Positions 20,855-30,435 of a stretch of DNA of 64,000 bases are shown in pieces. Position numbers and translations under genes: made by a program. The DNA is taken from positions 62,001 through 126,000 of IMG/VR virus record IMGVR_UViG_3300005289_000052; one strand, 5' to 3'. The stretch's first letter is position 1. Every line of letters starts with the position of its first letter. The notes under the pieces were generated by a model. The model made no database searches. It was given only the letters and a program-made list of their open reading frames with translations, and was not told the origin of the DNA.

Positions 20855-22024
20855 GTGTCTAAACCAATCATGCTGGAGTTGGGGTTTCCAACTACTCCGC
20901 CGGTAATCGACGAAGCAATTTTCAACATCTACAAGAAAGACTATCAGAACACCAGCCTGTGGCTTGGGGAAGCCCCTGGGTTGTTCGATACGGTCAATAA
21001 GCAATTCCCAGACGTCTGGAAAGCTTACAAAACCATGAAGTCGCTGGACTGGGACGAGAACGAAATTCCGTTCTCTTCCTGCAATGCTGAGTTCAAGAAC
21101 CCACTGCTGCGTACCAAAGCGCAGAAGATGATCAAGTCGTTGGCTTGGCAATGGGAAGCAGACTCGGTAGCGTCCCGCAGCATCTCGCACATCGTCAGTC
21201 TGTTCAACCCAGCTCCTGAGCTGTGGGCAGCCTGGCAGCGTATTTCGGACAACGAGGTGGTTCACGCCGCTACGTACTCCGAGATCGTTCGCGCCTCGTT
21301 CGATAACCCACGTGAAGTCATCGGTAAGATCCTTGCGATCACCGAAGCCATGCAACGTCTTGAGACGGTAGCACGGGAATTCAAGTGGATTCGTGAGCGT
21401 GGCCTGCGATTCCAACTGGGTGAAGTACCAAACGACCAGGAAACCTACAACGCCACGTTCATGTTCTCGTTCGTGATGTTGGTCTTGGAACGTCTCCAGT
21501 TCATGGCGTCCTTCGCAGTAACATTCGCCCTGGCACACGAAGACCTGTTCATCCCAATCGGGAAGATGGTCCAGAAGATCGCCCAGGACGAATACGAGGT
21601 TCACACCGGCCTCGACTTCACCGTCCTTTATATGGAGATGCAGACCGAGCGTGGGCAGATCGCCTACCAGCAACTGCGTCCTCGTATGAATGCAATCCTC
21701 AACGAAGTGATTGCTACCGAAATGAACTGGTCGGACTTCGTCTTCCTGGACGACGAGACCGGCGAATACGTCGAAGACCTCAAACACTGCAACCGCAAGC
21801 AGCTCAAAGACTTCGTACTGTTCAACGCCACGTTCATCGCGCGCTCCATGCGCCTGGACATGGAATACCCACAAATCGAAAACCTGCCGCTCCATTACAT
21901 GAAGACCTGGATGGACATGGGCGATACTCAGCCTTCTCCACAAGAGCAAGCCAACGCTCAGTACAAGGTCAACGTGGTTGTGCGTGACGATGCGGACGTG
22001 GAGTTCGATGTCTCCGGCTTCTGA
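20855..22024 (+). CDS. nrdB: Ribonucleotide reductase class Ia beta subunit
   Basis: EADSVA, NEVVHAATY (radical Tyr), LERLQF, DEYEVH di-iron ligands. Confidence 0.92.
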   Translation: MSKPIMLELGFPTTPPVIDEAIFNIYKKDYQNTSLWLGEAPGLFDTVNKQFPDVWKAYKTMKSLDWDENEIPFSSCNAEFKNPLLRTKAQKMIKSLAWQWEADSVASRSISHIVSLFNPAPELWAAWQRISDNEVVHAATYSEIVRASFDNPREVIGKILAITEAMQRLETVAREFKWIRERGLRFQLGEVPNDQETYNATFMFSFVMLVLERLQFMASFAVTFALAHEDLFIPIGKMVQKIAQDEYEVHTGLDFTVLYMEMQTERGQIAYQQLRPRMNAILNEVIATEMNWSDFVFLDDETGEYVEDLKHCNRKQLKDFVLFNATFIARSMRLDMEYPQIENLPLHYMKTWMDMGDTQPSPQEQANAQYKVNVVVRDDADVEFDVSGF

Positions 22025-22034
22025 GGTTCAGCTC

Positions 22035-22157
22035 ATGGAAGACTTAGCTAGATTGTCGCTGTTGGCTCTTGCGGTAGGTAGTTCGATCTTCCTCGCGGCT
22101 TTGTGGTTGTTCTTCCGCGACGTAAAGACACAAGGTAGAAAGAATGGAACATCATGA
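22035..22157 (+). CDS. Small membrane protein (40 aa, not in ORF track)
   Basis: MEDLARLSLLALAVGSSIFLAALWLFFRDVKTQGRKNGTS; GAGG RBS. Confidence 0.55.
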   Translation: MEDLARLSLLALAVGSSIFLAALWLFFRDVKTQGRKNGTS

Positions 22158-22248
22158 GTTCGGCGTGGCACACTACATCCTCGTTGTAATGATCGTGTGT
22201 ATTGTGCTCCTGAAGATCTCTGACTTTTGGAAAGGACGTAAAGAATGA
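22144..22248 (+). CDS. Small membrane protein (34 aa, not in ORF track)
   Basis: MEHHEFGVAHYILVVMIVCIVLLKISDFWKGRKE; ATGA overlap with next gene. Confidence 0.55.
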   Translation: MEHHEFGVAHYILVVMIVCIVLLKISDFWKGRKE

Positions 22249-22514
22249 AAATCGGTGAGAACTCATTCGACATCATTCGTGGTCTTCGCATCATCTACGA
22301 GTGTGGTCATTACCCCATTCGTCCTGAACACCGTGATGGCGTCGTAACTTTTGAAGACGGTACGATGCGTTACTTCAAAATCATCAACTCTTTGTGTATC
22401 CCTGAGGATGTCAGCAAATTGTTTAACGTCCACGGTATTGGTCAGGCTATCGTAGCCCGCACCAAAGATGCTAAGAACCTGACTTTCTATTCTGAGAACA
22501 ACGGGTTCTGCTAA
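22245..22514 (+). CDS. Hypothetical protein
   Basis: 89 aa, last gene of nrdAB operon before terminator. Confidence 0.6.
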   Translation: MKIGENSFDIIRGLRIIYECGHYPIRPEHRDGVVTFEDGTMRYFKIINSLCIPEDVSKLFNVHGIGQAIVARTKDAKNLTFYSENNGFC

Positions 22515-22522
22515 CCAATAGC

Positions 22523-22556
22523 AAAAAAAAAAGAAGGGGTGCGAGCCCCTTCTTTT
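22523..22556. terminator. Bidirectional intrinsic terminator
   Basis: A10-GAAGGGG-TGCGAG-CCCCTTC-T5. Confidence 0.8.
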
Positions 22557-22568
22557 TATGCCGCCTGT

Positions 22569-23198
22569 TTAGGACGGCATCAGTTGACAACGGTGAGACA
22601 GGTAGTAGAGGTTCGGATCTCGATTTGGATGTTCGCCACGCAGGGCGATATTGAACCGCACACCTTCCACCCGCTCGATCTTGTAGGTGTGTCGCATGGC
22701 TTTCTGGAGACAGAGGATCAGGTTGAAGCAATCCTGTTTGTCCGAAGGCAGGCGAGAGAAGCCACGATCAATGTCGAGGAACTTCGCTAGGTGCGCAGCA
22801 GCCCAGTGACGAATGGTGGAGTCGTACTCCATGTCAGCGATTTCTGGGCGATCGGCACACAGGTAATCATAACCGTGATTCACGGCATCCCACGTAGCGC
22901 GACGAGGGAGCATTACGATGTGGTGATCGAAGTCGTCCTGGGCGTGGAAGAACGCACCACGAATGTGGATATTGCGGTTGGAGAGGCAGGTGGGGTAGCG
23001 ACGAATGTGGTTCGCCAACTCTTCTTCTACACGGGCCTGAACCCGATCAAAGGTGGTGACATTATGTACACGGGCCTCGGGCCGAGCCAACTTGTTGTAG
23101 TGACTGTGTAGTTCTGCTAAACGAGCCAGATCTATTTCGTTCAGGATGTCACCACCGTCAACAGACAGGGTGATGTCAACACGGTTAAAACCAGCCAT
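22569..23198 (-). CDS. Hypothetical protein
   Basis: 209-aa ORF. Confidence 0.65.
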   Translation of the reverse strand: MAGFNRVDITLSVDGGDILNEIDLARLAELHSHYNKLARPEARVHNVTTFDRVQARVEEELANHIRRYPTCLSNRNIHIRGAFFHAQDDFDHHIVMLPRRATWDAVNHGYDYLCADRPEIADMEYDSTIRHWAAAHLAKFLDIDRGFSRLPSDKQDCFNLILCLQKAMRHTYKIERVEGVRFNIALRGEHPNRDPNLYYLSHRCQLMPS

Positions 23199-23722
23199 TA
23201 TTTACCCTCCTTAGGGCATTGCATGAATTGAACGTCAGCGTGACCACCAGCGGTCACAGTCGGCACGATGTAGTACATGGTGTGGTGCTTGATGATCGCG
23301 TAAGACTGACCCACGTTAGCCCGCATCTGGTGATACAACGAGTCGGTCAACTTGATGCGATACTTGCGGGAACCGATCAACAACAGGGAAGTAGCACCTG
23401 CACCCAACTTCTCGTCTTCGATCTTGTCGTCCATCAGGTAGCCGCCGTAAACCACAGTCGCCGGATAGAGACCGACTGTCTTACGGTTGGTGCGCGACAT
23501 CACCATCGCCTGGAACTCACCCACGATTTTATCGTTAGGGTGTGCTTGGACGTCAATAACGCCTTCCTCGGGTTCTGGCTTTGGTGTCCCGGCACGCTTC
23601 TCGTCCAGAACCTTTTGAAGCATTGCGATCTGCTCTTCGAGAGCTTTCTCGGTCCAGTCTTTGTAATCGTGTCCACAACGACACGGAGTATCCCAGCATT
23701 TAACGCAGTCAGACATTCCCAT
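23198..23722 (-). CDS. Hypothetical protein with N-terminal CxxC..CxC
   Basis: CVKCWDTPCRCGH; 174 aa. Confidence 0.65.
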   Translation of the reverse strand: MGMSDCVKCWDTPCRCGHDYKDWTEKALEEQIAMLQKVLDEKRAGTPKPEPEEGVIDVQAHPNDKIVGEFQAMVMSRTNRKTVGLYPATVVYGGYLMDDKIEDEKLGAGATSLLLIGSRKYRIKLTDSLYHQMRANVGQSYAIIKHHTMYYIVPTVTAGGHADVQFMQCPKEGK

Positions 23723-24452
23723 CGGTGGGTTCCTTTTTAATGGTCACCATAACGGTGAAAGATTTGATATCCCGATCCTCAGAAGAGAACGAGATGCGCC
23801 ATTGTCCCAGCGCTTGCCGGAAACGAATGGATGACTTGTTAACCGTGGCGTAGAACTCCACACCACCGTTCTTGTACGTGCGGGCTTCCCGCAGATTCAT
23901 CTTGATGCGTTGTTCCATGGTCCGATGAGCACGACCATCGTGTCTGGTTATTTCAACCAGCGTAACGTTCAACACTTCACACCCAGGGAACTCGGCGTTG
24001 ATGTTGACGTTGTCGTTACGGGGTACAGTTACCCGCTTGACTTTGAGGTATTCTTTCTTGGTTGTACGTTTTCCTTCTTTCTTACGTAAGGGTTGCATCC
24101 AGCGACCTTGTGCCTTGAGCAACTGCTCTTGGTTGAGGATCACGGGAAGTCCGAGGGTTGGCCATTCGTAGTCAGTAGCGTTGCACTGCTTAAACGTAGC
24201 CTTAGTGTCCTCGAGGAAGTTTGCTTTTTCAGGACCAGACCAACGAGCCAATACCTGAGGACAGGAACCGAAACGTCGGAAGAACATTACTTGGGTGTTG
24301 GGATGGTGGTCGTAGCCCTTGTGGTAGGTGCGCATTACCACAAAGATGCTACCGCGACCAACCAGCCATGCGTTGATCTTTGCCTTAGCCTCCACGTGGA
24401 GTGCTCGTGGTTGGGCGAAGTAACGGCGGATGTTGGGATGTTGAGGGATCAT
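23709..24452 (-). CDS. Hypothetical basic protein
   Basis: 247-aa ORF, coupled. Confidence 0.65.
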   Translation of the reverse strand: MIPQHPNIRRYFAQPRALHVEAKAKINAWLVGRGSIFVVMRTYHKGYDHHPNTQVMFFRRFGSCPQVLARWSGPEKANFLEDTKATFKQCNATDYEWPTLGLPVILNQEQLLKAQGRWMQPLRKKEGKRTTKKEYLKVKRVTVPRNDNVNINAEFPGCEVLNVTLVEITRHDGRAHRTMEQRIKMNLREARTYKNGGVEFYATVNKSSIRFRQALGQWRISFSSEDRDIKSFTVMVTIKKEPTDGNV

Positions 24453-24790
24453 TAGGCACCTTTACTACGCTGGGTCAGGAGTTGGATTTCACGAGGGATC
24501 GAACGGGCAGACGGAATAACCGCCATGTAGTAAGTGCCCCCGAAGAGAGTAACCTTAACCACTGTACCCGGAACCAATTTCCACGCCTCAGCATGTTTCG
24601 CTTTGACGTAGTACAGACGACCGTTCAACATCACGATTGCCGTCTCTTGGAACTTGCTGACCTTGATACCTGAAATCTCACCGCGATCAACTTCACGAGC
24701 CCCACGCTGACGAACCAAATCCATAGGGATGTTCATCTCTGCTTCACGTGGATCGTTTACAACAGTGTTACGACCATACTTCGAGGACAT
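24452..24790 (-). CDS. Hypothetical protein
   Basis: Start at MSSKYG with AAGGA RBS; ORF-track extension overlaps upstream gene. Confidence 0.6.
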   Translation of the reverse strand: MSSKYGRNTVVNDPREAEMNIPMDLVRQRGAREVDRGEISGIKVSKFQETAIVMLNGRLYYVKAKHAEAWKLVPGTVVKVTLFGGTYYMAVIPSARSIPREIQLLTQRSKGA

Positions 24791-24815
24791 CTTAACTATT
24801 CCTTGTAAAAGACTT

Positions 24816-25331
24816 TTACTTTCCCTTCTGAGGGAATCGTTTATGCAGCTCTTCGATAATTGCAGGGATCGACAGGATATGAACCGGTGCCGGACCTTCG
24901 CGCAATGTATCTTTAGCCAGACAGGTTGCTTTGCGGATGTCATCATCGTGAACATCCATCGCGGCGTACAGTACTTCTTCGGTTTCCACGTAGTTACCGC
25001 GAATACCCACCACACCCTGACCCCACGGAATTACCCGCTTGGCCAAGCTTGCTTTCTTCCCAACCGATGACTCAGCCCGAGTCCACTCTTCAATGCGACC
25101 GGAGTGGGTAATCAGCCAGCCACGCAGCGCGCCTTCACCACAGTTCTCGAAGGAAGTATCACCATCGAGGTAAGCGATCAGGTTGAAGGCGTTAGCAGCC
25201 AACGGAACCAGAAAGCCATGCGGTGTGTACAGTGCATCAACAGACAACTTCATGCGCAGTCCGTTTACGCGGTAGAGATCCGAGATGAATGCGATCTCGT
25301 TACCGTTCATCAGGATAAAGTTGTCGTTCAT
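24816..25331 (-). CDS. Hypothetical protein, possible divergent Ntn-fold paralog of upstream gene
   Basis: Similar size and G-x-G...A-A-x-D pattern to 25328-25912. Confidence 0.45.
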   Translation of the reverse strand: MNDNFILMNGNEIAFISDLYRVNGLRMKLSVDALYTPHGFLVPLAANAFNLIAYLDGDTSFENCGEGALRGWLITHSGRIEEWTRAESSVGKKASLAKRVIPWGQGVVGIRGNYVETEEVLYAAMDVHDDDIRKATCLAKDTLREGPAPVHILSIPAIIEELHKRFPQKGK

Positions 25332-25912
25332 TTGCGAACCCTAGTTTTCTTCTGGGTGGGTACGGTGCGAGGAAACTTCTTCAAGTCAGCCAGGTTGTAG
25401 AAATCACAACCCATCCCACACGTTGCTGTTTGCTTGCCCAAGCGATTAATGATCTCAACCGCACCCAGGCCTGCCTTGTGGTAGGTGTTGGCGAAGTTGA
25501 TCTCAGAACCGGTGCAGTGGAACCGATTGATGTCCTCGGCTCGAACGTTCAGTGCTTTCTCGTCTTTGTCCCACGAGATGAACCAGCAGTTCTCAGCGGT
25601 GACTAAATACAGACGCCTTGCGTTCCCGACGGCATAACCGGTCAGAATCATGGCTTCCTCATCGGTGAACTCCAATGGGTTGCCTTCGTCGTAGCCCAAA
25701 TAAAAAGCAGTGAGTCTGGTCGAGAGCAGGGTCTTAATCAGCGCCACGTCAGTCTTGTGGGGATCGGAACCCACGACACCAATGACGAAACGTTTCTCGT
25801 CTTCGATGTGCAACTTGTCACCGATCTCGCGATACTCAACACGAGTACCACAGTTGACCAGCATTTGTTTATCGGCGGCAATAACGCCATCCTTTATTAC
25901 GACCATCGACAT
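25328..25912 (-). CDS. Possible proteasome-beta/HslV-like Ntn-hydrolase fold protein
   Basis: MSMVVIKDGVIAADKQ N-terminus, GDKLH, TGS..FA...AG..A pattern. Confidence 0.5.
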   Translation of the reverse strand: MSMVVIKDGVIAADKQMLVNCGTRVEYREIGDKLHIEDEKRFVIGVVGSDPHKTDVALIKTLLSTRLTAFYLGYDEGNPLEFTDEEAMILTGYAVGNARRLYLVTAENCWFISWDKDEKALNVRAEDINRFHCTGSEINFANTYHKAGLGAVEIINRLGKQTATCGMGCDFYNLADLKKFPRTVPTQKKTRVRK

Positions 25913-25980
25913 CTACTTGACTCCCTTGAGTAACGGCATAGAGAGTGAGGCTACGTGGGCCTCACTCCTTTGAGCCTAGC

Positions 25981-26241
25981 TTAGGCCTGGACGCGTTCTT
26001 CCAGGCAGCCACTGCGCGGTGCCTTCTTGGCAGGCGCGTAGCTTGGGTGTTCCGAATCTTTCAGGCTACCGTCAGCCAGGAAGTTCAGCTTGGTGCCGAC
26101 CACGGTATCTTTCGGCAGTTGACCGTCGCCGATTTCCAGCTCGATCAGTTCGTTCGAAGGGTTCATGACGGTGAGCTTGGTACCAGCGACTTTAACGAAA
26201 GTCAGGACGGTGTCTTTTTCCAGCGCTTGGGACAATTTCAT
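25981..26241 (-). CDS. Hypothetical protein
   Basis: Start MKLSQ with AGGA RBS; follows early promoter motif. Confidence 0.6.
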   Translation of the reverse strand: MKLSQALEKDTVLTFVKVAGTKLTVMNPSNELIELEIGDGQLPKDTVVGTKLNFLADGSLKDSEHPSYAPAKKAPRSGCLEERVQA

Positions 26242-26290
26242 GAACAGCTTTCCTTTTCTTAAAGGTTTTAGGTTGAGGTATTGCACTAAG

Positions 26291-26307
26291 GTAATATGTA
26301 CCTCAGA
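26291..26307 (-). promoter_or_regulatory. Early promoter motif variant (CATATTAC)
   Basis: Minus strand TCTGAGGTA-CATATTAC in intergenic gap. Confidence 0.55.
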
Positions 26308-26312
26308 TTCTT

Positions 26313-27167
26313 TTAATTCGAGCTGACCGGATCTTCCTTCGCCAGATCTGGACGGTAGTTCCTTTGGATCAACTTGAACTTGAGGATACGACGAATCCCT
26401 TTCACTTCACCATTAGGATAGACCATCATCCCGGTACGCTCTGGATCGGTGTAACGGATGAACACCACGGGATGCTCATTACCTTCCTGAATCAAATCAC
26501 CTTCTTTGAAGTGGTCTGCTTTCAGGTACTCGTTGTATTCCCGAATGAGCTTCTCTTCCCGCTCTTCTCGGAAAGACTTGTAATATGGATCAGGCTCCCA
26601 ACTGGCGGACACGTTCGGGATGATACCGGCTGTCCCGTAGATTGCGTAATAGGTGTAGGCGTAGTAGTGATTTACGTCACGTGCCTGTTGATGCAACCCA
26701 ATGATCTTGAACGGCAGCTCTGGCCAACCCTTGTCTTCGGAGTGTCGCAGTTTATGGAACACCCCGGTGGTGGTCAGATAGATAGGATTGTTGGAGCGAG
26801 CACAGTGACCCAAGAACAAACGCTTACCACGGTACTCTTCCCGGTCTTTATCCATCCGGTGAAAGTTATCCGCCAGCTTACGATTGAACTCATGGTTGTG
26901 CAGGATCAGGTCGTGATTACCTGCGTCTATAAACTCTACCCGTGCCTTGGAAGGAATCTCAGTGGCAAAGTTACCCTCTCGATCCGGCATGAAGTAGTGC
27001 ATTCGATTTTCTTTGAAGTCGAACTGTGTAACGTAGTAGATCTGATCACCACCCAGTTCGGTAATGTCTTGGTGTACCCGAATGCGGACAAAGCTTCCAC
27101 ACTCTTTCAATTCACGTGCAGCTCGCCGCAAATCGTTCTTGAACAGTTGGTCCCACAGAGAGCGCAT
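26313..27167 (-). CDS. Hypothetical protein
   Basis: 284-aa ORF, AAGGAAGG RBS. Confidence 0.7.
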   Translation of the reverse strand: MRSLWDQLFKNDLRRAARELKECGSFVRIRVHQDITELGGDQIYYVTQFDFKENRMHYFMPDREGNFATEIPSKARVEFIDAGNHDLILHNHEFNRKLADNFHRMDKDREEYRGKRLFLGHCARSNNPIYLTTTGVFHKLRHSEDKGWPELPFKIIGLHQQARDVNHYYAYTYYAIYGTAGIIPNVSASWEPDPYYKSFREEREEKLIREYNEYLKADHFKEGDLIQEGNEHPVVFIRYTDPERTGMMVYPNGEVKGIRRILKFKLIQRNYRPDLAKEDPVSSN

Positions 27168-27212
27168 AAGTTTCCTTCCTTAAGGAGTGGCGGGGGAATC
27201 CCCCGCCTGAGT

Positions 27213-27803
27213 TTAGAAGATATGGTAGCGAACACCGTCGATGTCCTTGTAGCACGCGTCTACGAGATCATCGAGAATATTCCGAGCCTTTACCAGCGAG
27301 TCTCGCTGTTCGGCTTCTATTAACACCGGGATGTAAGTGTACCGCAACCTGTTTCCAAAACGTCCCGTAACGTAATTTTCACAGATCCACTTCGGGGCAT
27401 ACTTCTTCATGTCCAAGTGTTGTCCGATCCCACTCCACCACGTAGGGTCATTAAACACTTTGGGGTCTACATCCACAACCACTTCAATCTTGGGGATTCC
27501 ACGATCCATCTCGATTGGAGCACGGGTCACTCGCTTACAACTTAAGGGGAGCATTTTCTCTCCGTTATAAGTGTAGTGAGGTCTGTAAAAGTAGACTCCA
27601 TTTTGGAACTGAGTCAGTGGCAGGTCACCGTTGCTAAATATCTCCGGGTCCTCACAATCGAACTCGAATTTATAGATAGCTTCGTTAACCTTGGGTTTGA
27701 CGTGGTTATGATAGCGGTACAACGTAAGCTGGGCGTAGTTCCCAAACTCATAGTCGTCGTCAATCACCGCCATCATGTTGAGGGCGCCAAAGAGAGTGAG
27801 CAT
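27213..27803 (-). CDS. Hypothetical protein, paralog of 27812-28435
   Basis: Shared IPK/RV..V...WW.....KPKWIC..Y.....Y.PV.I block. Confidence 0.7.
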   Translation of the reverse strand: MLTLFGALNMMAVIDDDYEFGNYAQLTLYRYHNHVKPKVNEAIYKFEFDCEDPEIFSNGDLPLTQFQNGVYFYRPHYTYNGEKMLPLSCKRVTRAPIEMDRGIPKIEVVVDVDPKVFNDPTWWSGIGQHLDMKKYAPKWICENYVTGRFGNRLRYTYIPVLIEAEQRDSLVKARNILDDLVDACYKDIDGVRYHIF

Positions 27804-27811
27804 ATGTCACC

Positions 27812-28435
27812 TCAGATGTCGAGCAGATCGAGTTCCTGGTTGGTACCGTGGTCATCGAAAACGCCTTCCAGTTGATCACCCACACGAGACAACCCTTCGA
27901 TCAGGTCTTTGATGACGTTGGTCAAAGCGCTCTCGTTGATGGCTACCGGAACGTAGTCGATCCGAACTTTGTCGCTACCCACGATGCTGTGGAGATAACC
28001 TTTGCAAACCCACTTGGGTTTGAAGCGATCAACCAGGCTGGTGATCTCTTTAGAGTTCCACCAATACTCGCTGTTGAGCAACTCTTTGTTCTCAACCACA
28101 GCGACCACAGTTACACGCGGGATCTTCGGATCATCCATGTTCGCTGGAGTCACCGTGCGGATCTCTTTGATCAGCGTGGGATCGCCCTTGAAGTAGTAAT
28201 GGCCGATGCCCTGCTTATAAAAGCCAGGCTCGTAGTCGTCGAGGACTTTGTCTTTCGGCGGCTCTTTGACGTCTTCCTTCTTGAGGTTAAATTGGAGTTC
28301 AACAACCTTCTCGTCCAGTTGTTGGTACTTGCGGCAGTCTTTGGCGTTATCACGCAGACGCAAGACCAACTCGGACTTGGTGAAGATGTGTTTCAGCTCA
28401 TTGAACTGATTGATGCACAGATAGGCCTTGATCAT
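27812..28435 (-). CDS. Hypothetical protein, paralog of 27213-27803
   Basis: Shares the C-terminal block with 27213-27803; GGAGG RBS, ATGA overlap. Confidence 0.7.
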   Translation of the reverse strand: MIKAYLCINQFNELKHIFTKSELVLRLRDNAKDCRKYQQLDEKVVELQFNLKKEDVKEPPKDKVLDDYEPGFYKQGIGHYYFKGDPTLIKEIRTVTPANMDDPKIPRVTVVAVVENKELLNSEYWWNSKEITSLVDRFKPKWVCKGYLHSIVGSDKVRIDYVPVAINESALTNVIKDLIEGLSRVGDQLEGVFDDHGTNQELDLLDI

Positions 28436-28995
28436 GTTGCCTCCTGCTCCTTGTAGGTCCAGCCGTTGTTATGGCGGGAGTGGTTTTGGTCAAGATACGT
28501 GTGCCACTCGCCCCGTTGGTCGAAACGAATTTGACGTATCTCATCGTCAAACACAACTGCCGAGTTGCTGAGCAAGAAGATGGTCTTCTCAGGGATCTTG
28601 TACTTGCGCAGCAGTTTGGCTAACGGGTTGTTACGAGCGTTGTCTCGAGCGCGACGCAAAGTATCACCGACCGATTCGCCCGTGACGTGTTCAGGTACTG
28701 GTCGAGGCTGGGTGAACCAAGCCTTCAATTCCGCCGACTCTTCATCGGTAGGAATCAACACGAAGGTTTGTGTTTCATCCCGACGCTCACGCACCTTGTT
28801 CATCAAAGTAGCCGTGCGAGCATCCATCTCGATGCCGATCGGCAGACCTTCCTCGACGTCCCGCCAGAGGTAGTCGATCGGATAGCTACGACCCAGCGGT
28901 AGCAGTTGCTGCCAACGCGCCCAGTTCGATTCGCAATCAGCGATCACGAGGTTGATAGGAGCGTAGCCTGGAACAGTAGTCGCTTGCATGGACAT
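28432..28995 (-). CDS. Hypothetical protein
   Basis: 187-aa ORF. Confidence 0.65.
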   Translation of the reverse strand: MSMQATTVPGYAPINLVIADCESNWARWQQLLPLGRSYPIDYLWRDVEEGLPIGIEMDARTATLMNKVRERRDETQTFVLIPTDEESAELKAWFTQPRPVPEHVTGESVGDTLRRARDNARNNPLAKLLRKYKIPEKTIFLLSNSAVVFDDEIRQIRFDQRGEWHTYLDQNHSRHNNGWTYKEQEAT

Positions 28996-28999
28996 AGCG

Positions 29000-29557
29000 T
29001 TACTCCGGCATGATCAGGTTGTTACGAGGAACCAGCAGGTACATATCACGGCCCCAGCTTTCAGGGTTCATGGCAAAGCCGACGTGTTCTGGTTGACGGA
29101 TCACTTTACCAACCAACGACTTGTCCACAGAGAACGACTTGGTTTGTGGGGCTTCACCTTTCTCGCCGTAGCGATAGTCAATAACCTGTTGAGCCTGGAA
29201 CACGCCGAGGTATTCGAAGCCTGCGCGAGACAGTACGATCATTACCGCAGCAGTGATCTCGGCACTGTAGTTACGCAGGTCCATCTGGTTCATGATGGCA
29301 GAACGAGACTCCGGGTAGCCGAAGTAACAGTTCATGCCTTCCTTCTTGAACACCGCCAGATTGGTCGCACCCTGCGGATAACTGATCGCTTGCAGGAAGC
29401 CACGATCGAACGCACGGAAGAACACGTCATCCGCTGCCCAATCCAGAATCACATTGTTGATGAACTGGTTGGGGTCGAACGGCTCCATTCCTTTATAGTC
29501 ACGGTAGTCACCATGCATCTGGGCCAGTTCAACTACTTTTTGGCTGAGCTTCTTCAT
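29000..29557 (-). CDS. Hypothetical protein
   Basis: 185 aa, strong codon bias. Confidence 0.7.
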   Translation of the reverse strand: MKKLSQKVVELAQMHGDYRDYKGMEPFDPNQFINNVILDWAADDVFFRAFDRGFLQAISYPQGATNLAVFKKEGMNCYFGYPESRSAIMNQMDLRNYSAEITAAVMIVLSRAGFEYLGVFQAQQVIDYRYGEKGEAPQTKSFSVDKSLVGKVIRQPEHVGFAMNPESWGRDMYLLVPRNNLIMPE

Positions 29558-29717
29558 TTACTTCTGCTCCATCTTTGGATTGAGGGGTTTGATCGCCCAA
29601 GATAACTTGACGCCTTCTGTCAACCAGACCAGCAGCATCAATGATTTCTCGAACGAGACTCCGGGTAGACTGGTAGTTTTTACGCCAGTGTTCCAAACGC
29701 TCTTCAAGAGTAGCCAT
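29529..29717 (-). CDS. Hypothetical protein
   Basis: 62 aa; GAGG RBS; after promoter motif. Confidence 0.55.
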   Translation of the reverse strand: MATLEERLEHWRKNYQSTRSLVREIIDAAGLVDRRRQVILGDQTPQSKDGAEVNEEAQPKSS

Positions 29718-29745
29718 GGTACTAGCCTCGATAAGTTGCCAGTAG

Positions 29746-29762
29746 ATGATATATCTCTGAAT
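29746..29762 (-). promoter_or_regulatory. Early promoter motif variant (TATATCAT)
   Basis: Minus strand ATTCAGAGA-TATATCAT-CTA, immediately after a terminator. Confidence 0.5.
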
Positions 29763-29778
29763 TAAGGTTCAATCGAGC

Positions 29779-29808
29779 AAAAAAAAAGAGGGGTGTTAGC
29801 CCCTCTTT
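29779..29808 (-). terminator. Intrinsic terminator
   Basis: AAGAGGGG-TGTTAG-CCCCTCTT plus A9 on the plus strand (T9 on minus). Confidence 0.8.
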
Positions 29809-29817
29809 CTTATGCCG

Positions 29818-30435
29818 TCAATCCAGGATGTCACCGATCGCATCACCAATGTCACCCAACACCGAACTGTTGGATTGATTACTGGGTTTGCGATTCCAAC
29901 GGAACCAATTCTTGAAACGTTGCCAACGACTGAGAGGTTTTGGTGGCGGTTCATGCTTCTTCACGAAATCATCCCACAAGATCAATAATTGGTCCCCTTT
30001 CAAGAACCGACAATCAATGTGACTAACAGTCAACATCGGAATGTGTGCCATCCCACTGAACGCAATCGTTACGGTTGACCCATAGCGATCCTCGTCTTCT
30101 ACCATCACCAACATCTTCCACCCAGTGACATCGATGTAAGACATGGCTTGGAATTCAACTGGATGTTCAAAGTCCCATTTCCAGTCGCCCGCTTTCAAAG
30201 CAGGGTAGTGGTCAGGGAATTGCTTATAGATGCCAAGGAGTGTCCAGACGACACGCATGACATCTACTTGCTTGAGATAGTACACACCGACGCGTTCGTA
30301 TTGGTGAGTAAGTTCCCTCACTGTCTTTGTGTGGCGGATCTTGATCTTTGTCAATGTACGATCCCCGGTCTTTGTGTGAAGTTGCACATCCAGATTAACC
30401 AGAGGCACATCTCCGCGATTCCAAGACTTAACCAA
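29818..30435 (-). CDS. Hypothetical protein
   Basis: 205 aa; start uncertain. Confidence 0.6.
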   Translation of the reverse strand: MVKSWNRGDVPLVNLDVQLHTKTGDRTLTKIKIRHTKTVRELTHQYERVGVYYLKQVDVMRVVWTLLGIYKQFPDHYPALKAGDWKWDFEHPVEFQAMSYIDVTGWKMLVMVEDEDRYGSTVTIAFSGMAHIPMLTVSHIDCRFLKGDQLLILWDDFVKKHEPPPKPLSRWQRFKNWFRWNRKPSNQSNSSVLGDIGDAIGDILD

